64,000 nt of DNA from Octopus vulgaris. Taxonomy: Eukaryota. Shown piece by piece: positions 41,911 to 55,215 of this stretch. The translations under genes were made by a program, and so were the position numbers. Position 1 is the first letter of the stretch; each line of letters opens with the position of its first letter. The stretch is from positions 310,001 through 374,000 of the forward strand of contig OX597835.1 in assembly GCA_951406725.2 (NCBI GenBank), in the 5' to 3' direction. The notes beneath the pieces were generated by a model. That model saw only the letters and a list, made by a program, of their open reading frames with translations. It was not told the origin of the DNA and made no database searches.

Positions 41911-42470
41911 AATAAAAAACACCATCCGAGCGTGGCCGTGCATACCTTCCTTCCTTCTTGTGAAGACCTGTTGAGGCAAGTGAAAATCAAATCAAATCAA
42001 ATCAAAACAAATCAAAATAGATGAACATCAATGGAATTTGTATCTTTGTGGTACCAGTGCCGGTGGCACACAAGAAAACCATCCGAACGTGGCCGTAGCC
42101 AGTACCGCATCGACTGGCCTTCGTGCTGTGGGCATGTAACAAACACCATCCGATCGTGGCCGTTCGCCAGCCTCATCTGGCACCTGTGTCGGTGGCACAT
42201 AATAACACCATCCGAGCGTGGCCGTCTGGCACCTGTGTCGGTGGCACATAAAAAACACCATCCGAGCGTGGCCGTTCGCCAGCCTCGTCTGGCACCTGTG
42301 TCGGTGGCACATAAAATCACCCACTACACTCTCGGAGTGGTTGGCGTTAGGAAGGGCATCCAGCTATAGAAACACTGCCAGATCTGACTGGCCTGGTGTA
42401 GCCTTCGGGCTCCCCAGACCCCAGTTGAACCGTCCAACCCATGCTAGCATGGAAAACGGATGATGATGAA
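41910..42470 (+). mobile_element. RTE 3' UTR/tail copy with tandem units (related tails at about 4140-4340, 18897-19500, 49602-49734, 61900-62200)
   Basis: Homologous to 22420-23100 in the opposite orientation. Confidence 0.85.
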
Positions 42471-43923
42471 TGATGATATTTCGTTTTTGGATTTGGTTTG
42501 CAAGATTCTTTATGTGAGTTCCTGTGTTGAAGCACATTCTGTTGTCTGGGGAGAGTCATTCTCTTTTAGTGCCTTATAATTTAACACACTCACTGGTAAA
42601 ATTTCCACTCATTTCCTTTATTTTTCTAAAATTTTCATTGCACCTTGCAACCTTGTCAATAGTTTTGAGAGTCATTATAAGAACCCTACAGTTTTGTTTT
42701 TGGATAAATATTAACCAGCCCTATTTATGATATCATAAGTGCTCTTTCTAGACATATTGGTAATTTCTTGTCTTATCTTAGTGCAAACTTCATTTCACTA
42801 CTTTTCAAACATCCTGGTCCCCGCTTTATATAGAAATAACCTGTAAATATTTCCCTAGACCACTGCGAGATCACTCTTTTGTCTATTGACTTCAAAGCTC
42901 TATGCAGGACGATGGTATGACTAATATATTAAGTCTCCTGGCCTCTTCTCGAGGCCATGTTCTTACCTATTCCCTCCGTTTATTTTATTTTATGCATTTG
43001 TATTCACTCTGATGAAGTTCCATGTACTAGATCGAATGTCCTTTAAAGATGAATACTATTAGCACCGACTGGCACTGGAAGCAGATATGGCCATAAGAAA
43101 TGTTTATGTTATGTTTTGTATTAAAAAATAATCTACAGATGTAGTCCAATTTGTGTTTCTTGATCAAAAGTTTTCTCCATTTTCTGATTATTTAAATTAT
43201 TTACACACACACAAGCAGGTCTTATATTCCTGTCTCATGACTTTCATCTCTTCATCTCCTGTGTTCCTGCTTCAAGGCTTTCGCTCTACACATGCCAGCG
43301 CAACTTGATTCATCTTTATTAGTTGAAAGACATCTGTTGTTATTTTCTCCTTGTTTGTAATTGTACAACATTTTTTCTGTTTTTTTTTTTGGTTTTTTTG
43401 CCTTTGTTGTCGTACACATTCACTTGCTTTCTCCCTAAATATTTAATGTTCTTAGCTTAGATTTTGGGGGCCAGCCAAATTTGAACAGTCTCAAGTGTAA
43501 CTGGCCGAAACTGTAAGGATAAGCTGGAAACTTGACTGAAGAGAGAAAGCTGCGAATGACCCGGCCTTATTTTTCCTGTCTGTCTTTGTATCGTCTATCT
43601 GTCCAGATGTTTTATTGTCGTCTGTCACAGATATTTTGAAGTAACTTTTTTTCTACTGAACCAAATCTCAAACTATTTATGCCAAAGTGTAGCTGAGGAG
43701 GTGTCCTCTTTAAAACTGCTAACAGTTTGCAATTTAGTTGAGAACTGAATTAGTGGTGAAGCTTGGAAGCTGCTGCGATTGACGAAATGGTGGACTTAAG
43801 AATACATTCAACCACTACCGTGGTTGAACGATTATATAACATGGAGTGAAATTAAATGAGAGAGACAAAAAATATATAAACAGTTGCCGAACATGGCAGA
43901 GGTGAAGATTTTTTTCTTTTCTT

Positions 43924-44293
43924 TTTTACAGGAACACACTATATTGAGGGCAGAGATTCTGAATCTGCAAAAAAATCTGCATTTCAAAATTTAAATCACC
44001 CACCTAAATTTCTTAAATTTTCACTGTTTATTAAAGATTTTTTTTTTTTTTGGCGAAATACATAGAAAAATATGGAGATTACGATTCTGAAAAAAAAAAA
44101 TTCTGTAAAATTTCAATTTTTCAAAAACAAATAAAAAAACAACTCCCATTCCCTCCGCCCTATGGCGAAGTGAAATTAATTTCACTTCTTGTCAAAGGGC
44201 GTGCCGTTCAAACCGAAAAGATCCAAATTTTGAAATGCAGATTTTTTTGCGGATTCGGAATCTCCGCCCTCGATACAGTGTGTTCCTTTAAAA
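43924..44293. repeat. Inverted repeat (arms about 69 bp), MITE-like
   Basis: ggaacacactatattgagggcagagattctgaatctgc... versus ...gcggattcggaatctccgccctcgatacagtgtgttcc. Confidence 0.88.
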
Positions 44294-44979
44294 ATACCCC
44301 CTCCCCCAATCCCAAGGTGGGTGCGGTCCATGATCTTTACCTCCGCCCCGAGCTTTTCGATTTACGAACAGACAACAAAATAATACAAACTAGACGGACG
44401 TTCGTTAATAAAGAGCAATGACTAAAAGTCATCGCTAAAATGAAACTCGCAATTTTATGTTAATATAGTAGTTCAGTTCGGGGAAAATCTGAAAGGTGAA
44501 TTAGCCCCATGCATTTATTTTTTCCCCCCTAGTTGTTTCACGAGTCGAACAAATTGCTTAAATGCATTCCTTCTGGGTTTTTACATTCTGAGTTCAAAGA
44601 CTGCCGAGGTCAACTTTGCCTTTCATTCTTTGGATGTTCACCCACACAACCTTCGCTCACGACATGGATAAAGAGGGTGGGCTGTAAAAGAGGGTGGATG
44701 ACGTCTCAAACCGACACTCTTCCTAATGCTGTGTGCCTCTACTATAAAAGTAGGAGTTAAAGTGGGTCGATCAACGAGGATTATCAGCGCGCTCACGCAC
44801 ACCATTTGACTCATAAATCAACTTTCCTGTCGAAGTACCAATAAAAAATAAACAATCGCAAACTATTTCCGTTTATGGATTAAAAAAAGAAATCAAACTC
44901 GTTTTGCAAAAAAAAAAAAAAATCCCATTTAAATTTCCTTTTCTTACGTCAGATACTTTCCACTTTAATTTTATTATCA

Positions 44980-45345
44980 TACAAGCAGTAATCGCCCGGA
45001 GTTGCTCGGGTTTGTTTCGACCTTTTAGAATTGGAATTTTTGAAAAGTAAAAATTTTACATTATGTAGTTTGTTATTCTCTTTGAGTGAACATTTTTCTG
45101 GTTGAAATACACCGAAAAATGGCGTAAAAATAGGGATTTTAATAGAAAAAAGCACCTTTTTGATGTAAATAATTTTTGGTGTTAACATGGTCCGATTTGA
45201 ATTTTTTCTTCTACGGGAGGAAGAGCAAGCCTTCTTCTATCATATTCTCAATTTTGGTCAACTTACGCCGCAGGGTCTCAGTGTTAATTGAAGGCTACCG
45301 ACACCTGCCGCACACAGACAACTTCAGCTTTATAGAGAGAGAGAA
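44980..45345 (+). mobile_element. Non-autonomous Helitron-like element
   Basis: Terminal hairpin cccggagttgctcggg near one end and acagacaacttc..tttatagaga at the other, typical of small rolling-circle elements. Confidence 0.55.
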
Positions 45346-45999
45346 GAGATTTCACTTTGATTCATCCTACACTTCCTTGATATCCGCCATTATATGTTCA
45401 TATATCAAAAGATTAGGCCGTCTTTCGTTTTGATTTGCAGAAGTCATTTGGATCAACTGGTTGTTAGCCGATGATTATTTACTATCATTTGTTTTGTTTT
45501 TCTTCTTCGGTTTATGAGGAAGGGCTGTGGAAACGAAACCAAGACGACCTTTCAACAAGTTTCCAAAACGAGTAGGACGAAGTGGTAACGTTCACGAGTG
45601 AATTCCGCTGAAGGAACCCAAGGACCTTCCACAACAGTTTCCGTCTACCAAATTTCACACACGAAGTGATGGTCGACTCAAACACTGCCCAAAACTGGAA
45701 TCGAACTCCAAACAACGTAGTTGCGCAAGTGAACGCGTTACTGCCTGCCACCTAGACTGTAAATGCGTGCGTGAGGGCGAAGGGATAAAGACGATGGGAA
45801 CCAAGAAGGCAAAGAGCCGGAACAAATACCACCAACTTATGGGATAAGTTCAAAGCCATAAAAAAAAAAAAATGCCCATTAAACAGGCAAGAAACTCCGC
45901 AGTTAACAATATTATTTGACGATTAAAGAAATCTACCACCAACACCCTCTTCTACTTTATCGCCATGTTGACAAAATAATAACAAACGAAAAACGATAC

Positions 46000-46110
46000 C
46001 TGGTTTGGGACATATTGGTAGACCCCTGATGGGGTAATCAATCGGCCGTTACTGGTTTGGACCGAATATACTGAAACAGTGTTAGGATAGTGTTGCACGT
46101 AGGTTCTCAT
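46000..46110 (-). CDS. TOLLIP: Candidate alternative first coding exon of Tollip (37 aa, MRTYVQHYPNTVSVYSVQTSNGRLITPSGVYQYVPNQ)
   Basis: ATG in taatcATG context; ORF ends at cag|gtatcg in phase 0, compatible with exon E; upstream acceptor ccttttctgtag| at 46218; lies in a CpG-rich patch. Confidence 0.55.
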
Positions 46111-49100
46111 GATTAAAACCACTCGGAGCTGATCAGTTGGGACAACAACGACGATGGCGCGAGACAGAAACCAAGTCAGACGAAGATAAAACAACAAAAA
46201 TGACAAACGCAACCAACCTACAGAAAAGGAGTGTTACTAAGTAGGAGGAGGAGGAGAGATATATATAAATAGAAAGAGAGAGAGAGAAATGAAAGGAAGG
46301 AGGGAGAGGAGAGACTATATCAGAATGATTGACAAAAATAAACAGGATTTAGTCAGGTGGACATTTAGTCAGGTGGTGAGAGTAGAGAAGTGATAGGACA
46401 CGTCCACACGCACCTATGCCAGAGACGACATCAAGCCGATTAGGTGACAGAGCTGTAGACGAGAGCAAGAGACACTATTGTGTAACTTGACAACTGTTTG
46501 TCACCTTAAACCGACGGACTGCCCCTCCTGCCTCATCTCCACGAATCACTCAAGTGTATCCCCTACTCCCCAAATTTATTAAATATTTATTTGCTGTTCA
46601 GGTACGTTTAGTCCTTTCGTAACAGACGTGAAACTTCTCAAAGCAGACAAACAGGAAGTGAAGTGATAGTATGTGTGTGTGTGTGTGTGTATCGTCGGTA
46701 AATCCTAAATCCGAAAAAGAAGTTACAGAGCAGTATAGTATCTCTCTCTACACACACACACACACATATATATATATACAAACACACACACACTAGTGAG
46801 TGGACAAATGAAACATTTAATAGGCGTTACATGTATGATTTAAAAGAATTGGATTCAGTTTCGTGCACATCCACAAACACACGATTAAGTTGTGTCAAAA
46901 GGTGAGATTTTCAATGTGAAATGATATTAAGAGATACGAACTAAGACAAAAAGAAACTGATGAAATACAATCAAGAAGCACAAACTCATGTGACCACCAC
47001 CTGCCAATCCTTTTTATCTCAAATGTTATTATTCATTCTTTTTCTCTCTGCTACTTTATTTTAAATTATCATCAGTTGACGCCCGCTTTCTATGCTGCTA
47101 TGGATTGGACAGTTAAACAGGAGCCAAGCCAGGCTCCTCAGTCTGTTTTGGTAGGATTTCTACAGTTGGATGCTCTTTAACACCAACCACTTAACAGTGT
47201 ACCAGGTGCTTTTTATGTGGCATCATCACTAGCACTTTTCACAGGGTCACCAAGCACCTTGTAATATACAAACCCCTAAACTCAGAGAGGGAGTAGAAAG
47301 TATTAAGTGGGTGTGGCTTTGTGCCAGTTGAGAGATTAAAGATATAGAGGGACAGTTAGAGGTGTCTGGTTGAAGAGTAAATACAAGCACCCCCCTGTTG
47401 GAAAACAAAGGAGAGTGCATGATGATGGCAAAGATGTATCAGGAGATGCCACTGAGGCACACTGGGGCTCGTGAGAATAGGTGAGGTGATGTGGAGGCTT
47501 GGATTGGGTGAGTGGGTTAGAATGAGGTGACTGCAGCAAATGATGCTGAGAAATACAGAAGTTTGGGTGAGGGTCGCAGTAGATATATGAGGATGACAAA
47601 TACTAAAGATGGAGAAGAACACAGGGAGGGGAGAGAGGGTACAAAAAGGGGGTGATTGGTGGAGACAGCAGGTAGGGGAAGACAGTAGGAAATAGAAGTG
47701 GTTTGAGGTGGGAGGAAGGTAACTGAAAAAGCCAAGGGAGAGGGATAGTATGTGCCGATTCTGCTCTCAGGTGAAAAAGGAAATGATGGGTAAAGGGGAT
47801 GAAATGTGGGAGGAGAAGATTGATGAGGCTGAGAGGAAGTGGGGAAGAGCAACTGGTGAACAAGCATTACCAGGGCAGTTTTAGGATATCAATTCTGCTG
47901 TGGTGGATGGGTCTTCTTGAGTACAGCAAAGCGCCAGATATCCCAGTCTTTTGTCATCTCCTTTGTAAGGTTCAGTACCTTGAGATTGGCCTTCAATACT
48001 TTGTCCCATGTCTTCCTGGGTCTCCCTCTTCAACATGGTCCATCCACTTCAAGTTTCTGATACTTCTTTATGCAACTGTCTATCACATGACCAAACTAGT
48101 TCACTCTTTTCCCTTGTACACTGCATATAATTCCTCACATAACTTTTCACTCTATACACTAACACTCCATTGCACATGCATACTGACACTGCACATCCAG
48201 CAGACCAGACTAGCTTTGTTCCTCTCTAGTCTTTGCATGTCTTCTGCATTCAGGGCCTGCATTTCACTATCATGTAGCATTGCTGTTTGTACACATGCAT
48301 CATACAATCTTCCTTTCAGTCAAAGGGAGACCTTTGGTTGCCAACAGCTCTCTCAACTTTCGCTATCCTATTCTTATTCTAGCAATTATTCTTTCAGTAC
48401 ATCCTCCTCCACTGCTAATTAGGTTATCTGTATATTTCTAAGCTATTTTAAATGAGCTATTTACATTTCTACAAGATAATCAATCTGCTCACATAGCAAG
48501 ACAAGTAAAACTACTTGTAGATATATATATATATATATTCCACTTATCCAATATACTTACATTAATAGACAAATTCCCTTGGAGGTAAAGAGAGCACAGT
48601 TTAAAAAATAAAATAAAAACTTAAATAATAGGTAATAAAAATGATTTAAAAATTTTCTGAGGGATTGGCAGGTACTCTGTTGTGTAAGCAGCAACACTGA
48701 TAGGTGGCAAGTGATAGGTTTAAGGTTTGGATCATGTCAATGAGCCCATCTCATCTTACTCTCCCAAATTCATTAAGATGTTTAATACTATAAAATGATA
48801 TGTTTACACAGTGTCTATCTGTTAGTTTAGTCTTCAATAAAAAAAATTATTTCATTTGTTTTTCCAGGGTTTTTCCATGCTAGCTTGAGTAGGATAAATA
48901 CACGTCTTATGCAGTGACTGATTTTTAGTTTGGTGCTCAGCTTTAGTTTATCATGGTTCATTCAGAAATCCAGTCACATTCAAATAACTGAGTATCACTC
49001 CCCTCATGAAAAGCAGTTCTTATGACGGCTTAGTTCAGATGAAGAACACAAACACAAGGTGCATTGGAATCAAAAGCCATCTTGTCACTGCAGCAGTTTA

Positions 49101-49274
49101 GAAAACTATGTTTCTTTCACTTCCCTAATTAGTTTGTATCTGTATTCTGTCATCAACACGGACGGAGAACAGAAATGCTGAAATTTCAACATCTTCAGAA
49201 ACCATCATCAGAGAAAATACCTATCAAACATTCAAACATGTTTGAAGGAAGATTCTTGGATGAGAGAAAGAAAT

Positions 49275-49330
<56 letters not shown>

Positions 49331-49439
49331 GAAAAATTTAAAATAATAAGAGTGAAAAATTGAATATTAATTTGATTAATATCAATTTAAAACCAGTGGT
49401 CTAACATATTGAAAAATCTGAAGTTTCAGAAAAAATTAT

Positions 49440-49758
49440 ATTACTTACATATAAGAGGGATGACCTGTAAGTGGACATCCATTATGCTAGAAGATCCGCT
49501 ATGGTCTTATCACTAAGAAAGGAATGTTCTCAAGAAAAGGACATTACACAGAATAATCTTCTTCTAGCATAATGGATGTCCACTTACAGGTCATCCCTCT
49601 TCATCATCATCATCGTTTAACTTCCGCTTTCCATGCTAGCATGGGTTGGACGATTTTGACTGAGGGCTGGCAAACCAGATGGCTGCACCAGGCTCCAATC
49701 TTGATCTGGCAGAGTTTCTATAGCTGGATGCCCTTCCCTCTTATATGTATGTAATATA
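49440..49758. repeat. Inverted repeat (arms about 55 bp) with a 133-bp RTE-tail insertion and 8-bp TSD tccctctt in one arm
   Basis: aagagggatgacctgtaagtggacatccattatgctagaaga versus its exact reverse complement ending at 49601; TSD copies at 49594-49601 and 49735-49742. Confidence 0.9.
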
Positions 49759-49781
49759 AATAAATGAATGTATATACTCAC

Positions 49782-49934
49782 TGTGAAAGATAAAACAAGA
49801 TTAATCATGCCTTCCTTTTCTTCGCCTTGCCTTCCACTAAGAGGGTACCAGTCATCAACGACATCACCATTCAAGACAGACTGGGGTATTGTGACGTGAC
49901 ACCATGCTATCCTATCATCAACAGTAAAAGATCT
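49782..49934 (-). CDS. TOLLIP: Tollip coding exon D (end of C2, with the two AIM/LIR-like motifs WCHV and WYPL), 153 nt
   Basis: [51 protein letters not shown]; acceptor tttcag|, donor |gtgagt. Confidence 0.96.
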
Positions 49935-50439
49935 CTGAAATAGATACAAAAAATAAAAAATAAATAAATGCAAAGTCTTCATTGTTGAGATTCAAATCCT
50001 ACAAACATGTTAATTATTGTTCTCAGTAAAACAGATTATCATTTTGACATTGAGTCTAAGCCATTTCACGCCAACCCACCCAAGACCACCTCTAGTTCGA
50101 TATGTAACTGCTTGTTTAAAAATATTCATATTTAAATTATAATTGTCTCATGAATTTATTGAAATTATGTTCTCCAAATCAAAATTGATAATTTTTTTTG
50201 ACAAAGGTACAAGGCTAGACAGAAGCCATGTGTGAAGGCACGTGGTTCAGTGGTTAGAGCATTGAGCTAACTACACTGAGGTCATGAGTTTGATCCCTGG
50301 ACTGGGCTGTGTGTTGTGTTCTCAAGCAAAGCACTTCATTTTCACATTGCTCCTGTTCACTCAGCTGTATTTTGATTCTGCTGCAACTGTCATGTGCCCA
50401 TAGTTTGCACTGACCACACTATGGAATTTCTATCTGCAT

Positions 50440-50830
50440 CTTGTCAACATATGGAACAGGGCTGTTCACTTGAAGGGATTAGGGTTCTGTCTGTTCTTCT
50501 GCTACTTAGAATTTTAGTCTTTACCAAGTTAACTTTAAGACCCTTGGAATTTTAATTTTAATTCTTCTACACTTTCAGTTATAATAACAAGGTCATCAGC
50601 ATAGGGGAGTTCTTATTGATAACTGATCTTAAATTCCTCTGTTATGGCCTGGAGGACTATGATGAATAAGAGGGGACTCATAACCGAACCCTTATGGATT
50701 CCTACCTGCACACTAAATTCACTGTTGTACTTGTTAACTCTCTCTTTGGTAAAGGTACCCTTGTACCTGCCTTGAATGGCTCTTACTAGCCAGTCATCTA
50801 TTCCTAGCTTTCACATCAACCACCAGATGA
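50440..50830 (-). mobile_element. Degenerate RTE RT fragment in Tollip intron (further fragments at about 47900-48430 and 37700-38390)
   Basis: [21 protein letters not shown] and PYADDL, homologous to 24040-24310. Confidence 0.75.
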
Positions 50831-51071
50831 GGGATCAAAGTTTCCAAATGTTGTGTGTGGAGAACTGGAAACAAATAGCCACTGTCTACAAAAGGCTCAT
50901 TCAGACAAAAGGTCACACAACATGGTAAGGCATATCAAGAAGCCCAGATTTATAGGTAAATGTGTGTGAAAAAATGTCAAACTTCCAAAAAGCAACCTGA
51001 ACAGATGTGCACAACTAATTACGCTAACACACTTATTTAGTATAGGAGAAAACAGGCCAACTAAAACTCAC

Positions 51072-51120
51072 CTCATCGAAGATTTCAAGATACATACTGT
51101 CCACGCCAACTGGAAGGTAA
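51072..51120 (-). CDS. TOLLIP: Tollip coding exon C (C2 domain), 49 nt, phase 2/0
   Basis: (C)YLPVGVDSMYLEIFDE; acceptor ctctgttccag|, donor |gtgagt; completes the phase-2 codon from exon B. Confidence 0.93.
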
Positions 51121-52047
51121 CTGGAACAGAGTAGAAGAAAAATAATCTCAGATGTTTGATTGGTTTCTAATTAATTATCATTAGATCAAGACCACACTTT
51201 AAATTAATAAATAAAAATATTAATGAAAAAGCTACTGTGTAGATATTTTGGTTTCCACAACAATAATCTCATTATCTTTGTAATGGATACAGTAATACTT
51301 TAATACTTTAAGCCCCAAATCTTACAGAAGTAATGCAGATAAAAATAGAAACAAAAAAAAAAGAGAGAGAGATGGCTGACCACTGTGAAAACAGTAAATG
51401 AATGATTATAAAATCCTATTTTAGAAGGCAAACTTTGAAAGTGCCCAGTCGCATCCAGAATGGTTATGGCTTCACTCTAAGTATCAAGAATATTGTTGGC
51501 TAATACCACTTTAGCTCAGCAACTCCTGGCATACAGGTGGTTGGCCAGACAACTAGGTCTGGCCCACAGAACTATTGTTCCAGATACACCAAACTTCTGA
51601 CAAGCTGAGGACAATATTGCACACATTCCAATATCCTGAGTAAGTGTAGACATGTTGTCCTCTCTCTACTGTCCAGTCTATTTCTGGAATACTTATAGAT
51701 TCTGGTGGTGACCACAGCAGATGTGGGCATGATTGAATGTTAAAGTATGACAAATACATATTCTTCTAATGTTGGAAACAAAAACGTATTTTAAAGGACT
51801 GTGAAATTCCGAACAGTCACAGCTGAAAGAAAGCCATCAATTTGGCAAAGTAATGAGGCCTGTAAAGGAAAAAACATTGAGGGCATTTCTCTTCACTCAT
51901 TTTCCTGTCTTCTGGTCTACCGATTATTGTAGCTATGAACTTAGAAGTGTCCTGGCCAAGTATTAGACTGATCTGCACATAGGGCTTTGATTCAAATCTA
52001 TTGCAAACATTTTGTGTTCTTGTGCTAATCATCACTGGGCAAATGAT

Positions 52048-52242
52048 TTAACCGTTTAGTATTCAGATTACTTTGTCAAGTTTAATGCTTATTTATTCAC
52101 ATCGTTTTGAATTAATCAAGCATCATCTTCTAGCTTCAAAAATTTCAATGATGCGATCATATTTTTGTAGAATGACATTGTCGGTTAGATGTGAGAGGCC
52201 AGATCTGAGCTGGGTAGGGCCAGTTTAAATGCTAAAGGGTTA
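52048..52242. mobile_element. piggyBac-type MITE
   Basis: ttaaccgtttagtattc...aatgctaaagggttaa. Confidence 0.7.
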
Positions 52243-52893
52243 AGAGGATCTGATGAAACAAGGAACCTGTATCAAGCCCCAATGTCTATTCTGGCATGGT
52301 CTTTAAGGCTGGATGTTCTTCCTAACACCAATCACTCAACAGAGTGTTGTAGGTGCTTTTTTCTTGGCCCTGGCACCAGTGAGATTACTAAGTGACTTGC
52401 AAGATAAGACACCCACTGCAATAGAGTTGGGGTGCAGTGTTGAGGGAGCTGGCTTTGTGCTAGGTGTTGAAGTATAATAGAGGGACAGGAACTGGTGCTC
52501 TGTTGTAGAGGAGATACAGGATTGCTCCAGCTGGGAAGGTAGGACACATTATTTAAATTATCACAGTCTAACTAGTTGTTAGAAATAGGTACCAGACAGT
52601 TATCTGTGATAGACTAGTGGTGTTTTACCACAGAAGCATTTATTTCTCATCCACTAAACCCCATAAGACTAGAAACAAACCAGTGGCCTTTGAAAAGCTG
52701 CCACACCTTAGGAGTTTATGTTTTGTATTATAGATTATGGCTGTATGGTTAAGAAGTTCACTTTGGAACCATACAGCTTAAATTTTATTTCCACTGCTTG
52801 AACACCATCTCTGTGAAAGTGGTTGGCATTAGAAAGGGAGAGAGGGGAAGAGAGAGAAGGATGAGGAAGACTTTAAAACAAGGTCATATTTAC

Positions 52894-53027
52894 CACTGAA
52901 CACATTTATTCCAGGAAGGAAGTTTTGCTCCATTATACGAAGTTGGAGTCTCAAACACCGCATGTCCTACTCGGATGCGACAATAAGGGTCCATCTTCAT
53001 AATGCCATAGTTTTTGGTTAATTGAGC
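52894..53027 (-). CDS. TOLLIP: Tollip coding exon B (C2 domain), 134 nt, phase 0/2
   Basis: [44 protein letters not shown] plus TG; acceptor tgatcag|, donor |gtaaat; read directly from the sequence, absent from the ORF track. Confidence 0.95.
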
Positions 53028-55215
53028 CTGATCAGAAATTAAAAAACGTGCAAATTATAACTGGTATATTTAGAAACAGGAAAGTGGTGCAAGAAACAAA
53101 CAACATGAAAGATAAGTTATCAAGAGGACAAAGTTTCAAGCCAAGGCCGCCAAATTGCTACACTTTGCTTACAGTGACGCACGGGAGAGGCATGAATATC
53201 ACAACATGTTTCCTACCATGCTCAAGTTGATAATGGAAACAATTCATTAAGAGATAACGCCAGTTACAACATATGACGAAGGTAACCAATGCAAACCTGC
53301 TCATTGAAGGAGCATAGTCAGTTGTATATAGCGAGAGGAAGGAATTGCTGTTTAGTGGCTGAAAATGCCAAAGAGGGCAACCAAATGCCATAGAGGGCAA
53401 CCAAATCTTCATATCTCATGCTTTAGTATCTTTAAAAAAAAGAAAGACAAAATGTAGTCCGTGATATAAACAAGACGGTCATAGCCGTAACCCCTTTTAT
53501 CGTGTATCTACTTGATTGGTGTTGATCTGCAGCTAAGCAGCCAGAATTAAAGGAGTTTCCACAAGGTCGATCAATCTGCTAGAAATAGCAACCAAAGCTC
53601 AATCACGTCACTCTGTACTTCCATCAAAAAGGAAGGATACATTAGAAAATGTGATCCTTGATATACGAAGTGATGAATGGTCATGGTTTGAAGGCTCTCA
53701 TTATAAGTGTCTTCAGTTTGGGCTGGCCTGGGGCTAAACAACAACCATAACTATTTCCAGCCAATGAAGAATCACCTACTTCAGTGATTTTCAACCCTTC
53801 CTCTGTTTTTTTAACTCCTTGACTTGATGTATTTTGCTGTTTAACTTCTTACTTCCTCACAAAAATAAGCACTAAATAATCACTATATATAAAAGCTCCT
53901 GTCACTGCCAAAACATTACCTTTAAGGTAGCATGTTAGCACTAGTAGTAGTAGTAGTAGTAGTAGTAGTTGTAATAATAATAATGATGCTTATAATTTTC
54001 GCACAAGTCTAGCCTTGTTGAAGGGAGGAGGCAAGTACTTGAGTGGTACTTATTGTAATGATGAAACGTAAAGCTGATCTCAGCATAATTTGAACTCAGA
54101 AAGTAAAGAGTTGAAAATTGTAGTAGTTCTTTCTAATTTTGGCTCAAGGCCAGCAATTCTGGTGGAAGGGAGCAAATCAATTGCATCATCTCCTGTAGTG
54201 AGTTGACTGATACTTTATTTTATCAACTCTGAAAGGATTAAAAACAAGGTTGATTTTGGCAGGATTTGAACTCAGAATGTCAAGAACCAGAAGAAATAGC
54301 ACAAAGCATTTTGACCAACACACTAATGATTCTGCCAGCTTTCTGCCCAATAATAATTATAAGGGTTTCAAATTTTGGTACAAGGCCAGCAATTTCGGGG
54401 GAGGGGTAAGCCAATTACAATGACCCCAGTACACAACTGGTACTTATTTTATTGACCTCCGAAAGAATGAAAAGCAAAGTCAACCTTGGTGGAATTTGAA
54501 CTCAGAACGAATAAATAGACAAAATGCTGCTAAACATTTTGCCCTGTGTGCTAATGATTCTGCCAGCTCACCGCCCCCGCACAGTAATATTAATAACAAT
54601 TGTTTCTCATTTATGCACAAAACTCCAACTTCCATTGCAACATCAAGAAAGAGGAAATTCACATTAGTATGGCAGAATAAAAATAGACAATTAAGCATTG
54701 AAGGAAGCAAAGAACTGAAGAGAATCCAGACAAACACCAAACACAATATAATAAAGGGATTATTTTAGAAACACACAACTTTGTTGTAAAACTGAAGTGA
54801 GAACATTTTAACGGTTACTAAAATCAGAGTTTTTGGTCAAGTAGAACAAAGAAAATGTTGGACATAAGTGAAAACAAAATAAACTGGAATCATTGTTTCA
54901 GAAAAAGAATGGAATGATGAAAGAATATTTTGAAGAGGAAAAAGAAAGGTGATACAGTGTGGGAAGGAGAGGGTGAATAAGAGGAGGGTTGAGAGGTGGA
55001 TGAGGGGAGACAGAGGGGTGGATGAAGGGAGGGGGAGAGAGAGAGGTGGGAAAGAGAGTGGAGGAAGAAAGAGGGAGAGAGAGAGAGGAAGGAAAGAGAG
55101 GAGGGAAAGAGAGAGAGGACAGAGAGAAAGAGAGTGGAGGAAGAAAGAGAGAGAGAGAGAGCAGGAGAGAGTGGAATGGTTTTAAAGTATATAAAGCTGT
55201 TTATTGAATACTTAC

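Larger units (their letters stand above)
44100..46720. promoter_or_regulatory. Intronic CpG-retaining region, candidate internal promoter or enhancer
   Basis: CG dinucleotides visibly more frequent than in flanking introns (not counted); ETS-like ACAGGAAGT near 46652; duplicated TTTAGTCAGGTGG at about 46348-46376. Confidence 0.45.
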
